64,000 nt of DNA, from IMG/VR virus record IMGVR_UViG_3300018031_000005, positions 1-64,000 of that record; one strand, given 5' to 3'. Numbering within the stretch: the first letter of the stretch is position 1; each line of letters starts with the position of its first letter. A program made the position numbers and the translations under genes. This document shows positions 20,128 to 30,900 of this stretch, one piece after another. This DNA comes from a virus. The notes beneath the pieces are model-generated. The model did not search any database, was not told the origin of the DNA, and saw only the letters and a program-made list of their open reading frames with translations.

Positions 20128-23100
20128 ATGCCTTTTCAATTTCCAGATGTAGCGTCAGAATTTATTTATATGAGAACCTATTCTCGATGGATAGATGAAT
20201 TAGGTCGCAGAGAAACTTGGGAAGAAACTGTTGATCGTTATATTGATTTTATTCAGAAACATTGTGGTAATGTAGTACCTCAAAAAGTATTTCGCAAGGC
20301 TCGTGAAGCAATTTTAAATATGAGGGCAATGCCTTCTATGAGAGCCTTATGGACTGCTGGTCCTGCTGCTGAATTTGATAATACTTGTTTATATAATTGT
20401 TTTAGCAAGGATACATTGTTCATTTCAAGTAAAGGAGTTGTTTCTTTTGCGAATTTTAGTGATGGCGAAGAAATTCAAGTTATTACTCACAATGGTAGAT
20501 GGAAAAATGCCACTGTTCGTTCTTTTGGAAGACAAGTCCTAAATCGGGTTTATTTTGCCAAGGGTGGTCGTGGAAAAGATCATGTTGTGAATGTTACCGC
20601 CAATCATAAATGGATACTAAAGTCTGGAGAAAATACAACAAATCTAAAAGAAGGTGATCTAGTTCTAATGGCACCTAAAAAAGATGATTTTATTTATGAA
20701 AATGCTACGCCCGATGAAAGATTATATTGGTGTTATGGTTATGTTTATGGAGATGGCACAAAGGTTAAAGGCAAAAGTGACCAATACGAATACTCGATGG
20801 TTAGATTATGTAAAAAGGATGTACCTTATAGTGTACGGTTTGAAGAGGTTGGTTTTAAAACATCTACTAATCATTCATTAAATGGTGATTTTTTTGCCTA
20901 CACTGGAACTTATTTAAAGACTTTACCAGAAATAGAAAAAGAACCAATAGAGAGAATAATGGCATTTCTTAATGGTTATTTGTGTGCCGATGGAGCAAAA
21001 GAAGAAAATAATGGAAGAAAGTATTTCAAAGCAATACAGGCAACGGGAAATGAGAGTATAAATTTTCTGAGAAAGACGCTTCCAATGTGTGGTTATTACA
21101 TTGTTAGAGAAGATGATTTTACTGGTCAAATAACTAACTTTGGACAAAGAACAGATAAAACTATTAGCTTTTCTATAAGTGATAATATATGTAGAGAAAG
21201 TAATGCCGCTTGGCGAGTTTCAAGAATAGAACAAAATATATCAGAAGAAGAGGTTTGGTGTCTTGAAGTTGAAGGTGATCATTCTTTTTGTTTACCATTT
21301 GGCGTAGTCACAGGAAACTGTTCATTTCAGAACATAGATTCAGTGGAGGCATTCGCAGAATGTCTTTATATTTTAATGTGCGGTGCCGGCTATGGATTTA
21401 GTGTAGAAAAAAAATATGTTGATAAACTACCAGAAGTTCCAAAACTAACAAGCGAATCTTCTGGAACCTATATAATTGAAGATAATAAAATGGGATGGGC
21501 TGAGTCTGTACGTCGTTTAATGACTGCTCTGTATAATGGGAAAGACCTTGATCTTGATTATTCAAAATTGAGACCAAAAGGTGCTCGTCTAAAAACTATG
21601 GGAGGTAGATCGTCCGGTCCCGAGCCATTAATGCGACTTCATACATTTATTAGAGAAGTTTTCCAAAAAGCACAAGGAAGAAAATTAAAGTCCATTGAAT
21701 GTCACGATATTTGTAATCAAATAGCAGAAATAGTGGTTGTTGGTGGCGTTCGTCGTTCTAGCGAAATCAGCATATCGGATCTTGATGACTTAGAAATGGC
21801 AAATGCTAAAACTGGTACTTTTCCTGTGCGCCGTTACATGTCAAATAATAGCGCTGTTTACTATGAGAAACCTACTGCTGCTCGTTTCTTGCGTGAATGG
21901 TCAATTCTTGTAAATAGTGGTACAGGTGAGCGTGGTATTTTCAATCTAGCTGGTGCTCGCAAAAATGCTCCAGAAAGACGAAATGGGAAAATGATAGATG
22001 GAACAAATCCATGCGGTGAAATTAATCTTCGTTCTCGTCAATTTTGTGTTGCAGGAAATACCCAGGTAATAACTAAAAATGGCATCATTACTATTAAAGA
22101 TGCAGTGGGCGAGGAGCATGAAGTATGGAATGGCAAGAAATGGTCAAAAGTAATACCAAGATTGACTAGAAAAAATGCTAGTCTTGTTAGAGTTGAACTT
22201 AGTGATGGTTCATATCTTGAATGTACGCCGGATCATAGATTTTCTGTAAAAAATAGATTTAGTGATACATTTTTAGAAGTACAAGCAAAAGACTTGATGC
22301 TTCATAGTAAATATAAATTACAATCTGAACCATATAAAATACAATATGAAAATGGAAGTGATTTTCAAAATGCATATACGTTAGGATTTGCAGTTGGTGA
22401 TGGTTGCGTGTATAAAAATAAAGTATTCATTGATCTTTATGGTGAAAAAGACTTTTTATGTCCAGTTGAAGGAAATAGATATAAAAAATATTTACCTGCT
22501 GGATATTCAAAAGAAAGACAACGTGTTAACTGTACTAATATTTTAGATGGCAATATGGTATCGGCACTAAAAACATCTAACGATGCTTTTATACCAATCT
22601 TTTCATGGTCAAAAAAGAGCATTTTAGAGTTTTTAGCTGGAATGATAGATGCTGATGGATCGGAAACATCAACCGGTGGTATTAGATTATATCTATCAGA
22701 TAGAGAAAGGTCTGAAAAAATACAACTTTTACTAACAAAATGTGGAATACGTTCTTCTATTTGTTTATTACAAAAAGCAGGGGAAATAACTAATATTGGA
22801 GAAAGAAGAAGAGATTTATTTTATTTGCAAATAACGGACTGTTCTGAGATTCCTTGCAAAAGAGTTAATACTTATAGAGGGCACATATCTATTATAAAGT
22901 CAAAATATCAAAATATAAAATCTGTTACAGAAATAGATGGTGTGAATGATGTTTATTGTTTTGAAGAAAAAGAAAGGCATATGGCAGTATTCAACAATAT
23001 ACTAACTTATCAATGTAATCTATCCGAAATAGTCTTACGTGATGGCGACGATCTTGATGATATAATGGATAAAGTTGAAACTACTGTTTGGCTTGGTGCT

Positions 23101-23970
23101 ATTCAATCAACATTTACTTATTTTCCATATTTAAACAAAAAATGGAAAACAAATTGTGAAGAAGAATGTCTTCTTGGAGTATCAATTACAGGACAAATGG
23201 ATAATCCCGGTTTACTAACAGAAACGGCGCTTGAAGCATTAAAAAAGAAAGCAATTAAAATTGCGAAACACGCCTCTTCTATTTTAGGTATTAATCTTTC
23301 TGTGGCAATTACTTGCGTAAAACCTAGTGGTACTGTTTCTCAACTTGTGAATTCATCTTCTGGTCTACATCCTCGCTATTCTAAATATTATATTCGCAGA
23401 TATCGTATTTCTTCAACCGATCCTCTTTATAAAATGATGAATGATCAGGGATTTAAATTTAATCCGGACAATGGTCAAAGACAAAAGGATTGGCGTGCTG
23501 CTGCTAAGGGTAATACTTCTGCTTGTAGTATTTATGAACAGGGTAAAGAATGGTCAGAAGATAAGGTAACTACTTGGGTTGTTGAATTTCCTGTTAAATC
23601 TCCAGAAAAATCAACAATTCGCAATGAAATGACGGCTATTGATCAATTAGAACATTATAGAAAAATACAAACAAAGTGGTGTGAACATAATGCAAGTTGT
23701 ACTGTCTATGTAAAAGACGAAGAATGGATTGAAGTTGGTAATTGGGTTTATAAAAATTGGGACATAATAAATGGCATATCTTTTTTACCTCATGATGGAG
23801 GCAATTATGAGCAAGCTCCATATGAGGAGATAAATAAAGAAACATATGATAAAATGATTAAGGATATCCCCAAGATTGATTATAATAAATTATCCAATTA
23901 TGAGAAAGAAGATAGTACGACCGGCGCTAAATCACTAGCTTGTGTTGGTGATAAATGCGAAATTTCTTGA
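20128..23970 (+). CDS. nrdJ: class II (B12-dependent) ribonucleotide reductase interrupted by two inteins
   Basis: ORF 20110..23970 trimmed to ATG 20128 (GGAG upstream). Extein motifs MPSMRALWTAG, LYN|CSF, TNPCGEI, F|CNLSE, and a C-terminal CVGDKC tail. Confidence 0.85.
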   Translation: MPFQFPDVASEFIYMRTYSRWIDELGRRETWEETVDRYIDFIQKHCGNVVPQKVFRKAREAILNMRAMPSMRALWTAGPAAEFDNTCLYNCFSKDTLFISSKGVVSFANFSDGEEIQVITHNGRWKNATVRSFGRQVLNRVYFAKGGRGKDHVVNVTANHKWILKSGENTTNLKEGDLVLMAPKKDDFIYENATPDERLYWCYGYVYGDGTKVKGKSDQYEYSMVRLCKKDVPYSVRFEEVGFKTSTNHSLNGDFFAYTGTYLKTLPEIEKEPIERIMAFLNGYLCADGAKEENNGRKYFKAIQATGNESINFLRKTLPMCGYYIVREDDFTGQITNFGQRTDKTISFSISDNICRESNAAWRVSRIEQNISEEEVWCLEVEGDHSFCLPFGVVTGNCSFQNIDSVEAFAECLYILMCGAGYGFSVEKKYVDKLPEVPKLTSESSGTYIIEDNKMGWAESVRRLMTALYNGKDLDLDYSKLRPKGARLKTMGGRSSGPEPLMRLHTFIREVFQKAQGRKLKSIECHDICNQIAEIVVVGGVRRSSEISISDLDDLEMANAKTGTFPVRRYMSNNSAVYYEKPTAARFLREWSILVNSGTGERGIFNLAGARKNAPERRNGKMIDGTNPCGEINLRSRQFCVAGNTQVITKNGIITIKDAVGEEHEVWNGKKWSKVIPRLTRKNASLVRVELSDGSYLECTPDHRFSVKNRFSDTFLEVQAKDLMLHSKYKLQSEPYKIQYENGSDFQNAYTLGFAVGDGCVYKNKVFIDLYGEKDFLCPVEGNRYKKYLPAGYSKERQRVNCTNILDGNMVSALKTSNDAFIPIFSWSKKSILEFLAGMIDADGSETSTGGIRLYLSDRERSEKIQLLLTKCGIRSSICLLQKAGEITNIGERRRDLFYLQITDCSEIPCKRVNTYRGHISIIKSKYQNIKSVTEIDGVNDVYCFEEKERHMAVFNNILTYQCNLSEIVLRDGDDLDDIMDKVETTVWLGAIQSTFTYFPYLNKKWKTNCEEECLLGVSITGQMDNPGLLTETALEALKKKAIKIAKHASSILGINLSVAITCVKPSGTVSQLVNSSSGLHPRYSKYYIRRYRISSTDPLYKMMNDQGFKFNPDNGQRQKDWRAAAKGNTSACSIYEQGKEWSEDKVTTWVVEFPVKSPEKSTIRNEMTAIDQLEHYRKIQTKWCEHNASCTVYVKDEEWIEVGNWVYKNWDIINGISFLPHDGGNYEQAPYEEINKETYDKMIKDIPKIDYNKLSNYEKEDSTTGAKSLACVGDKCEIS
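20398..21318 (+). mobile_element. intein 1 in RNR (307 aa, with LAGLIDADG-like endonuclease)
   Basis: Starts CFSKDTLF after LYN. Contains LNGYLCADGAK. Ends VWCLEVEGDHSFCLPFGVVTGN, followed by CSF. Confidence 0.8.
22045..23013 (+). mobile_element. intein 2 in RNR (323 aa, with LAGLIDADG endonuclease)
   Basis: Starts CVAGNTQVITKNG after RSRQF. Contains LGFAVGDGC and FLAGMIDADGSE. Ends VYCFEEKERHMAVFNNILTYQ, followed by CNL. Confidence 0.8.
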
Positions 23971-24034
23971 AAAAAATAAGTTGATTTTCAAGACTATATT
24001 ATAGGCGAGGATATTTATAGGAAAGGATAATATT

Positions 24035-24589
24035 ATGTACAATCCATATCTTACGGTGTTTGTAAAATTTTTAGATCCAACGGCCAATCTACCAGAAAAG
24101 AAGAGTTTTGAAGCTGCTGCCTTCGATTTATATGCACTAGAAGATACTACGCTAATACCCTTTGAGGTTAACAAGGTTAGAACTGGTATCGCAATAGAAG
24201 TGCCAAAAGGATATAAGGGCGAAGTTTATACTCGTAGCGGGTATGGTGCTAAGGGCATATTTGTGGTGAATCAGCCAGGTAAAATTGATTCCGATTATCG
24301 TGGAGAAATTTTTGTAACTCTACTTTATATTCCACAAAATTTTGCACATGTTTTTAATAGTGCTATACAGTCTATGAGAACCTTTGCTAGAACAGGCGGC
24401 GGATACGGTTCTGCAATTAAGATGGTGGATGAACTTAAGACTTTACAATTACCTACTTATGAAATTAAGGCTAAGGATAGAATAGCACAATTTGAAATTC
24501 AGACAGTAGAAGAAACTGAATTAAAATTGGCTGTAGAGTTATCTGATACTGAAAGAGGCTCTAAGGGTTTTGGAAGTAGTGGTACATAA
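24035..24589 (+). CDS. dut: trimeric dUTPase with an insertion of about 35-40 aa
   Basis: AAFDLYA, RSGYGAKG, GKIDSDYRGEI, DRIAQ, ERGSKGFGSSG. Extra segment between GKIDSDYRGEI and DRIAQ. Confidence 0.85.
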   Translation: MYNPYLTVFVKFLDPTANLPEKKSFEAAAFDLYALEDTTLIPFEVNKVRTGIAIEVPKGYKGEVYTRSGYGAKGIFVVNQPGKIDSDYRGEIFVTLLYIPQNFAHVFNSAIQSMRTFARTGGGYGSAIKMVDELKTLQLPTYEIKAKDRIAQFEIQTVEETELKLAVELSDTERGSKGFGSSGT

Positions 24590-24602
24590 TGGTGGCATAT
24601 AA

Positions 24603-25142
24603 ATGGATATAGATGTTTTATATAGATGTCCGAAAGATTTATGTTGGCAGTATTTAAAACAATTTGTTTTATTAAATTCAGTTGATATTGCCGTATATAA
24701 AGCTTGTCTAGATCCTTATGTAACCAAAAAAACCTTTTGGAATACTATAAGTAGAATTAAACCAAATGGCTTATTTTGTATTGAATGTGAACCAGAAAAT
24801 ATAAGCGATGTCATAAGATTAGTAAATGATTATGGTTATAAATATTCAATTTCAGGTATTTATAATGATTCTCGCTTAGCTCTTTATATATGGATATATC
24901 GTAGTAATTTAATTAAACCCAATATCAGAAAATTATATCGTATAAATAATTGGGAAGATGATATTCCAAGAATCCTGGCTAATTTCGTAGATTATGGTAA
25001 AATTGTTTTATTATTAGGCGACGCAACTCTGCCCTTTGCTATAACAATGAAAAATTTAAGTAGATATATTATAGCTTTTGGCGATGATGAGCTTTATTGT
25101 CAAGCTATTAAAATGGAAGGTGTAAGAGAACAGATAATATGA
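24603..25142 (+). CDS. hypothetical protein (179 aa)
   Basis: ORF track; ATGA overlap with the next gene. Confidence 0.55.
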   Translation: MDIDVLYRCPKDLCWQYLKQFVLLNSVDIAVYKACLDPYVTKKTFWNTISRIKPNGLFCIECEPENISDVIRLVNDYGYKYSISGIYNDSRLALYIWIYRSNLIKPNIRKLYRINNWEDDIPRILANFVDYGKIVLLLGDATLPFAITMKNLSRYIIAFGDDELYCQAIKMEGVREQII

Positions 25143-25360
25143 TTTGTTATATTTGTCAAAAAAGAATTAAGTTGACTAATTCAACCAATGATTATAGAAA
25201 AGATAAAAAGGGTATTGCTCATCCCACTTGTTTTAAAGCAAATTCAATTTTAGATATTAGGCCATTAGATGTAGAAAAATTTGTTCCTTCTGGATCAATT
25301 AATCCAGACAATTCTAAAGATATTATTGAAAAAAATATAATAGGTAATCTTAATGAGTGA
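25139..25360 (+). CDS. hypothetical protein (73 aa)
   Basis: ORF track. Confidence 0.5.
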   Translation: MICYICQKRIKLTNSTNDYRKDKKGIAHPTCFKANSILDIRPLDVEKFVPSGSINPDNSKDIIEKNIIGNLNE

Positions 25361-25979
25361 TATTTCTGGCTCTGGTTTAACATATCAGCAGGCAGAAGAA
25401 ATTATTGAAGAAATTGCAACACAAAAGGCATATCAACATCGTCGTGTTGGTTATTATGATCTTAATGATTTAAAACAAGAAGTTCGCATAAAATGTTGGG
25501 CAGTATTACCTAGATATGACAAAGCTTGCGGGGCTGATCTTCGTGTATTTCTATCTGTATGCGCTGAAAACAGAATAAGAGATATTCGTAGAAGTGTTTT
25601 ATATAAACACAATAGGCCCTGTTTTGTATGTCCATTTTGGAATGAGAGTGCTGCGCAATCTGGTCTTCATGACTGTCTTGTTTTTAATAATAAAATGGAA
25701 TGTGAAAAATATGCCAAACATGAAAGATATGTTCAGGCTAAATTAAGTGCAAGCCATCCAATAGATATAGATAATGAAAGAATAGAAGACGATCATTTTG
25801 ATAAGATGGTCTATACAATAGATTTTATAGATCATATTCAACATAATTTGCCATCTGGATTATTGGTATTATTTGACAAATTACTTTATAATAATTTTAA
25901 TTTAAAATGTTTTAAGCCAAAAGAGCGCACCATTATGATTTCCGCTCTTCGAGAGGCTTTAAAGGGTTTTGAGGGTTAA
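25353..25979 (+). CDS. putative sigma-70-family (ECF-like) factor with Cys-rich insertion
   Basis: LKQEVRIKCWAVLPRYDKACGADLRVFLSVCAENRIRDIRRS resembles sigma region 2. This is followed by CFVCP...HDC...MEC. Confidence 0.45.
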   Translation: MSDISGSGLTYQQAEEIIEEIATQKAYQHRRVGYYDLNDLKQEVRIKCWAVLPRYDKACGADLRVFLSVCAENRIRDIRRSVLYKHNRPCFVCPFWNESAAQSGLHDCLVFNNKMECEKYAKHERYVQAKLSASHPIDIDNERIEDDHFDKMVYTIDFIDHIQHNLPSGLLVLFDKLLYNNFNLKCFKPKERTIMISALREALKGFEG

Positions 25980-26061
25980 TATTTACTAAAAGTTAATATT
26001 TATAGTGATTGTGAATATAGCTAATTCTGTGAATATTGAAATTTAAAAATTTGGAGGTAAT

Positions 26062-26643
26062 ATGGAAATTTTTTTATGTGGTTCGTGCGGTAATATTGGT
26101 AGTAAAGAACAATTGTGTCCTGATTTTGGTTCTACTCATATGAAGTTTGATGATATTATTAAAAAAAATTATTTATATAAATTGTGTTGTCCTGGGTGTA
26201 AATCTACTGATATTTATATGAAGTATATTATTGATCCTGTTCCAATAAATATACCCACCATGTGGTTGCCACAAGAAGAAAAATCGCTTCCAAGTGTCAT
26301 AATAACAAATACTTCACCTAGAGCATCTGTTGTTAATCAACCTGTTATGAATCAAGTTTTGAATGAAATGTCTAAAGAGGAAGATATTATTCCTCCAGAA
26401 ATTTTAGCTGAGGCTTTAGATTCTGCTGCGATGAAATTAAATGATTTGATAAAACCAGGAACACAGTCTAAGAAACCAAAGGAACAAGAAGTAAGGCCCA
26501 ATAGAAATGAAAGTACCAAAATACGTGTTAAGAAAACGTGTGATATGTGTAATAAAGAATTTCCGGTTAAACCAGGAGATAATGCCTTTGGTGGTCAATG
26601 TCCATCCTGCTTAAAAGCTACAATAAAAAAATATGTAGGATAA
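26062..26643 (+). CDS. zinc-ribbon protein
   Basis: Three CxxC-type pairs: CGSCG, CCPGCK, CDMCN...CPSC. Confidence 0.55.
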   Translation: MEIFLCGSCGNIGSKEQLCPDFGSTHMKFDDIIKKNYLYKLCCPGCKSTDIYMKYIIDPVPINIPTMWLPQEEKSLPSVIITNTSPRASVVNQPVMNQVLNEMSKEEDIIPPEILAEALDSAAMKLNDLIKPGTQSKKPKEQEVRPNRNESTKIRVKKTCDMCNKEFPVKPGDNAFGGQCPSCLKATIKKYVG

Positions 26644-26644
26644 T

Positions 26645-27517
26645 ATGAGCAATTCTAGTGAACAAGATAATGGTCACTTCACTCCAGACCAAGTTAATTT
26701 TATTAAAAAAAATCAAGAAATGACTGATGCTGATATTGCCAGAACATTAAACAGAAAAACTCAATCAATTAAAAACAAGAGAACGGCTCTTGGAATTAAG
26801 GGTGATAGAAGTAAAAGAAGTACACTTAAAGAAAATCGTTCGGTATATATTAATTCTCTAGATGAAAAAGGAAAAAAGGAAGAATTTCAAAGAGAAGTAA
26901 GAAATTCGGCTAGATATAAGGGATTGATAAACGCATTTACTGGTAGTGAACTTGACCAATATGTGGAAAAATATATTGATTTTATGATGGACCCAACTAT
27001 TGAAACCATGACTACAATGGAAAAGGATTCATTACATCAGGTATTTGTTAATGAAATAAGAATAAATAGATTTTTAGAAGAAGAAAAAAATGATAAAGAA
27101 TTAGCTAAAAAAGAAAAAAGAATGCCAATTTCACGTGCTAGAGAAATTAGAGAATGTCAGGAATTAATTCTTAAAGCTCATAAAAGCTTGGATGTAGAAA
27201 GAGAGCAGCGTTTAAAAAGTCAGAGCGATCAAGCTGTTACTTTTACTAATTTGATTAGAGATTTAAAAAATCCTAATACAAGATTAAAAGCTGGCAGAGA
27301 AGCAGCGATGCTTAAATATATAGCCGAGAAGTTTTATAATGAAAAATTGGGAGATAATATAGTATCGGGTAGAGATGAGAAGTTTGATTTAGACGCTCTT
27401 TTTAAGAATAAAAAAGCTCCGGATCTTAGTGCCGATTTTACTCCAAAAAAGAATGTGGCGTCGGGAGATGATAATGGAATTACCAATAATTCTGAGGGAT
27501 TCGAGGGAAAAGCCTGA
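26645..27517 (+). CDS. HTH DNA-binding protein, possible small terminase subunit
   Basis: N-terminal HTH-like MTDADIARTLNRKTQSIKNKRTALGI. The function call rests only on its position just upstream of the nuclease and large terminase. Confidence 0.4.
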   Translation: MSNSSEQDNGHFTPDQVNFIKKNQEMTDADIARTLNRKTQSIKNKRTALGIKGDRSKRSTLKENRSVYINSLDEKGKKEEFQREVRNSARYKGLINAFTGSELDQYVEKYIDFMMDPTIETMTTMEKDSLHQVFVNEIRINRFLEEEKNDKELAKKEKRMPISRAREIRECQELILKAHKSLDVEREQRLKSQSDQAVTFTNLIRDLKNPNTRLKAGREAAMLKYIAEKFYNEKLGDNIVSGRDEKFDLDALFKNKKAPDLSADFTPKKNVASGDDNGITNNSEGFEGKA

Positions 27518-27935
27518 TTATGGATATAATTTCATAAAATGTGATACTTGCGCAGGAACAGAAATAGCAGCATTAGATTACGGTGATTATCAAGTCAAAA
27601 ACTTTCCTTCTTTAATTGTTATTGAAAGAAAACAAGATATATCCGAATTATGTAGTAATATTGGCGTTCATCGTGAACGTTTTGAACGAGAGCTTCAACG
27701 AATGATTGATGCTGGTTGCCAATATAAATATATTGTAATAGAGGACTACTATAGTTCCATATATAAACAAAAATATTCTAAAATTCACCCAAACGCCATA
27801 TTTGAATCCATTATTGCTATGGAAATCAAGTATGGCGTTCATTTTATTTTTGCAGGTACCACGGAAATGGCTCGTCGTTTAACACGTTCGTTGTTATTAA
27901 AGGCTTATAAATATAAAACTGAAGGATTAATATAA
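27474..27935 (+). CDS. ERCC4-type nuclease-like protein
   Basis: ORF 27429..27935 trimmed to ATG 27474 (GGGAG upstream). IILRDSREK ... GDYQV ... VIERKQDISELCSNIG ... RERFEREL. Confidence 0.55.
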   Translation: MELPIILRDSREKPDYGYNFIKCDTCAGTEIAALDYGDYQVKNFPSLIVIERKQDISELCSNIGVHRERFERELQRMIDAGCQYKYIVIEDYYSSIYKQKYSKIHPNAIFESIIAMEIKYGVHFIFAGTTEMARRLTRSLLLKAYKYKTEGLI

Positions 27936-27937
27936 AA

Positions 27938-30900
27938 ATGAAAACTCATGTAATTAATCCAGCATATAATCATTATAGAAATTTGCCAGCAGAAGAAGAT
28001 TTAATTAATCCATTAGTAGATATTGGTAGAAATTTTAAAGAAATTAATGAATTGGTTGAATTTTATAAACTTGGTAATGAATATTATTCACCAGAATTTG
28101 GCATTAAATACTTGCTTGGAACCAATATTTATCCTTATCAGATGGCTACAATTAGAGCGATATTGGGTCATAAATTTCCAATGCTTCTTTTTACTCGTGG
28201 TGGAGGAAAATGCATAGTAGGAGATTCTCTTGTTTTTACAGATAATGGAATACTTAAAATGGAAGAGTGTTTTGGAGAATATAATGGACAAAATGGACAC
28301 ATCAAACCTTTAGAGATAAACATACATAATGGTGAAAAACTTTGTAAAACATCACTTGGAATATGTAATAAAAAATCTAAAACGATAAAAATAAAAACTT
28401 GTAGAGGAATAGAAATAGAAGGAACGCCAGAACATAAAATAAGAGTTGCTGGCCAAAATAGTGATATTATTTGGAAAAGATTAGATGAAATACACAATAG
28501 GGATAATATAGTTTTATCAAGAAACAATAATATATTTGGGAAAGAAAATAGTATTACAGAAGAAGAGGCTCATTATTTAGGGCTTTTGACTGGCGATGGA
28601 TGCCTAAGTCGTGATAATCTTGTTATTTTTTCATCAAAAGACGAAGAGCTTATTACGGTTTTTAGATATATTACTAAAAAACTTTTTGATAAAGATATTT
28701 CTGGTCCATTTGGGTCTGGTATTTGTGACTATAAGTTTTATGGAAAATCAGAAAGAAAGATTTTATTAGAAAAATATGGAATGAAACTGTGTAAATCTTA
28801 CGATAAGGATATTCCATTATGTATTAGAAAATCTCAAAAACATATAATTTCATCCTTCATTAAAGGACTATTTGATACAGATGGTACAGTTGGATGTAAA
28901 AGTGTAGACTTTTGTACCACTTCTATAACACTTATAAAGCAATTACAAATATTACTTTTAAACTTTGGGATTATATGTAGGATTAGAGAGAAAAAAACTA
29001 AAAGTTTATTTGGTAAAGTATATATTCTTATTATTTCTAGTAATAATATTGATATTTTTGCAAAAGAAATAGGATTTTGTTGTGAACGTAAAAAAATAAA
29101 AATGAATTTATTATTAGACAAAAAAAGAAATACAAATATTGATATTATCCCAAATAGTTCATCTTTATTTATAAGTATTTTAAATGAGATAAAAAATAAA
29201 AAAATACTTTATGATAATAGTATTTCTGTATGGAGATGTTTAAGATATGGCATTACTTATTATTATGCTAATAAAATTCTTGCTATTTGTAACGAAATAG
29301 GCAATAATAGTGAAAATGTTAGTAAACTGAAAAACATTATTCGTAATAATTATTTTTATTCTAATATCACAAATATTTCAGAATCAGAGGCTATAACTTA
29401 TGATTTTACTATTCCAGAAGGACATTCTTTTGTATCAAATGGGATTATTTCTCATAATACATTTATTTTAGCTGTTTATGCCATTTATCATTCTGTAATG
29501 TTTCCTGGTTCTAAAGTCGTTTTAGTTTCAGCATCTTTTAGACAATCTAAATTAATATTTTCTGAGATTGATAAAATATATCATAGTTCACCGCTTTTGA
29601 GAGCTATTTCTGAAGATAAACCTAGGATTAGTACAGACCATTGTCATTATGAAGTTTGTGGATCAAGTATTAAAGCCTTGCCTCTTGGTACTGGTAGTAA
29701 AATTAGAGGCGAGCGTGGTCATGTAATTTTGGCGGATGAATTTAATTCTATTCCTATTGAAGTATTTGATGTAGTAGTTCGTGGTTTTGGTGCTACGCAA
29801 GCTGATCCGTGGATGAAAACTAGAGAGACTATGATAAAACAATTTGAGAATAATATACAAGAAGGAATTAATAAAGATAAAGAAATGGCCGAGTTTATGT
29901 TGGCTGATGGTAATAGAATTGTGCTTTCTGGTACTGCTGGATTTAAAAATGGCACTTTTTACAGAATGTTTAGTCAATATCAGAGAATATTAGCTCATAG
30001 AGTGAAGGGAAAAGCTATTGATTACAAAGATATTTTTAAAGAAGAAATAGATGATGATCATGAAATAAATTATGAAGATTATTGTGTATTGATTTTTAAT
30101 TATTTAGATTTACCACCAGGAATGATGGATATTAAAATAATTGATCATGCTAGAGCAACAATGCCTTCATTTCTTTTTGACATGGAATATATGTGTAAAT
30201 TTGCAGATGATTCATATGGATTCTTTAAAATGAAAGACATTGAAAGTGCTACTGCTCCACGTGGTGGTTTTACCTTTTCTATGCAAGGTTCAGAAAATAG
30301 AAGATATATTGTAGGAGTTGATCCGGCTAGAACCGTTGATCGTTTTGCAATAGTTGTTATTGAGATAGGATCTCCTAATAAATTGGTTTATGTATGGACT
30401 TGTCAAAACAAACCATTTTCTTATTCTGCTGCTAAATTGAGAGAAATTTTACGTAATTTTAAAGTTTCGGGTATTGCAATGGATGAAGGTGGTGGTGGTT
30501 TAGCAATAGAAGAATTGATTAATAAATCAGATGTAATGAAAGAGGGCGAAAAGAAAATTTACAGATTCGACGATGAATCGGAAGATGCTAAACTTGGACA
30601 AAAAATATTGTGGATGTTTAATTTTAGTTCTAACTGGATAGATGAAGCTAATACATTATTACAAAAGAACTTAGAAGATCGTGTCACTATGTTTCCATAT
30701 CCCTTAATTCAAGGAGAATTTTCTGAAGAAAAAGATGATGTATTATTTGAGATTAATCAATTAAAGCAAGAGCTTATAGCCATTGAGGTTACGCATACTA
30801 AAAGTGGCAAAAAGCATTATGATTTAGCTCCACCAAATCTTAGAAAAGATAGTAGTGGCGTAATTAAACATAAAGATAGGTATTCTGCTTTAATTTTAGC

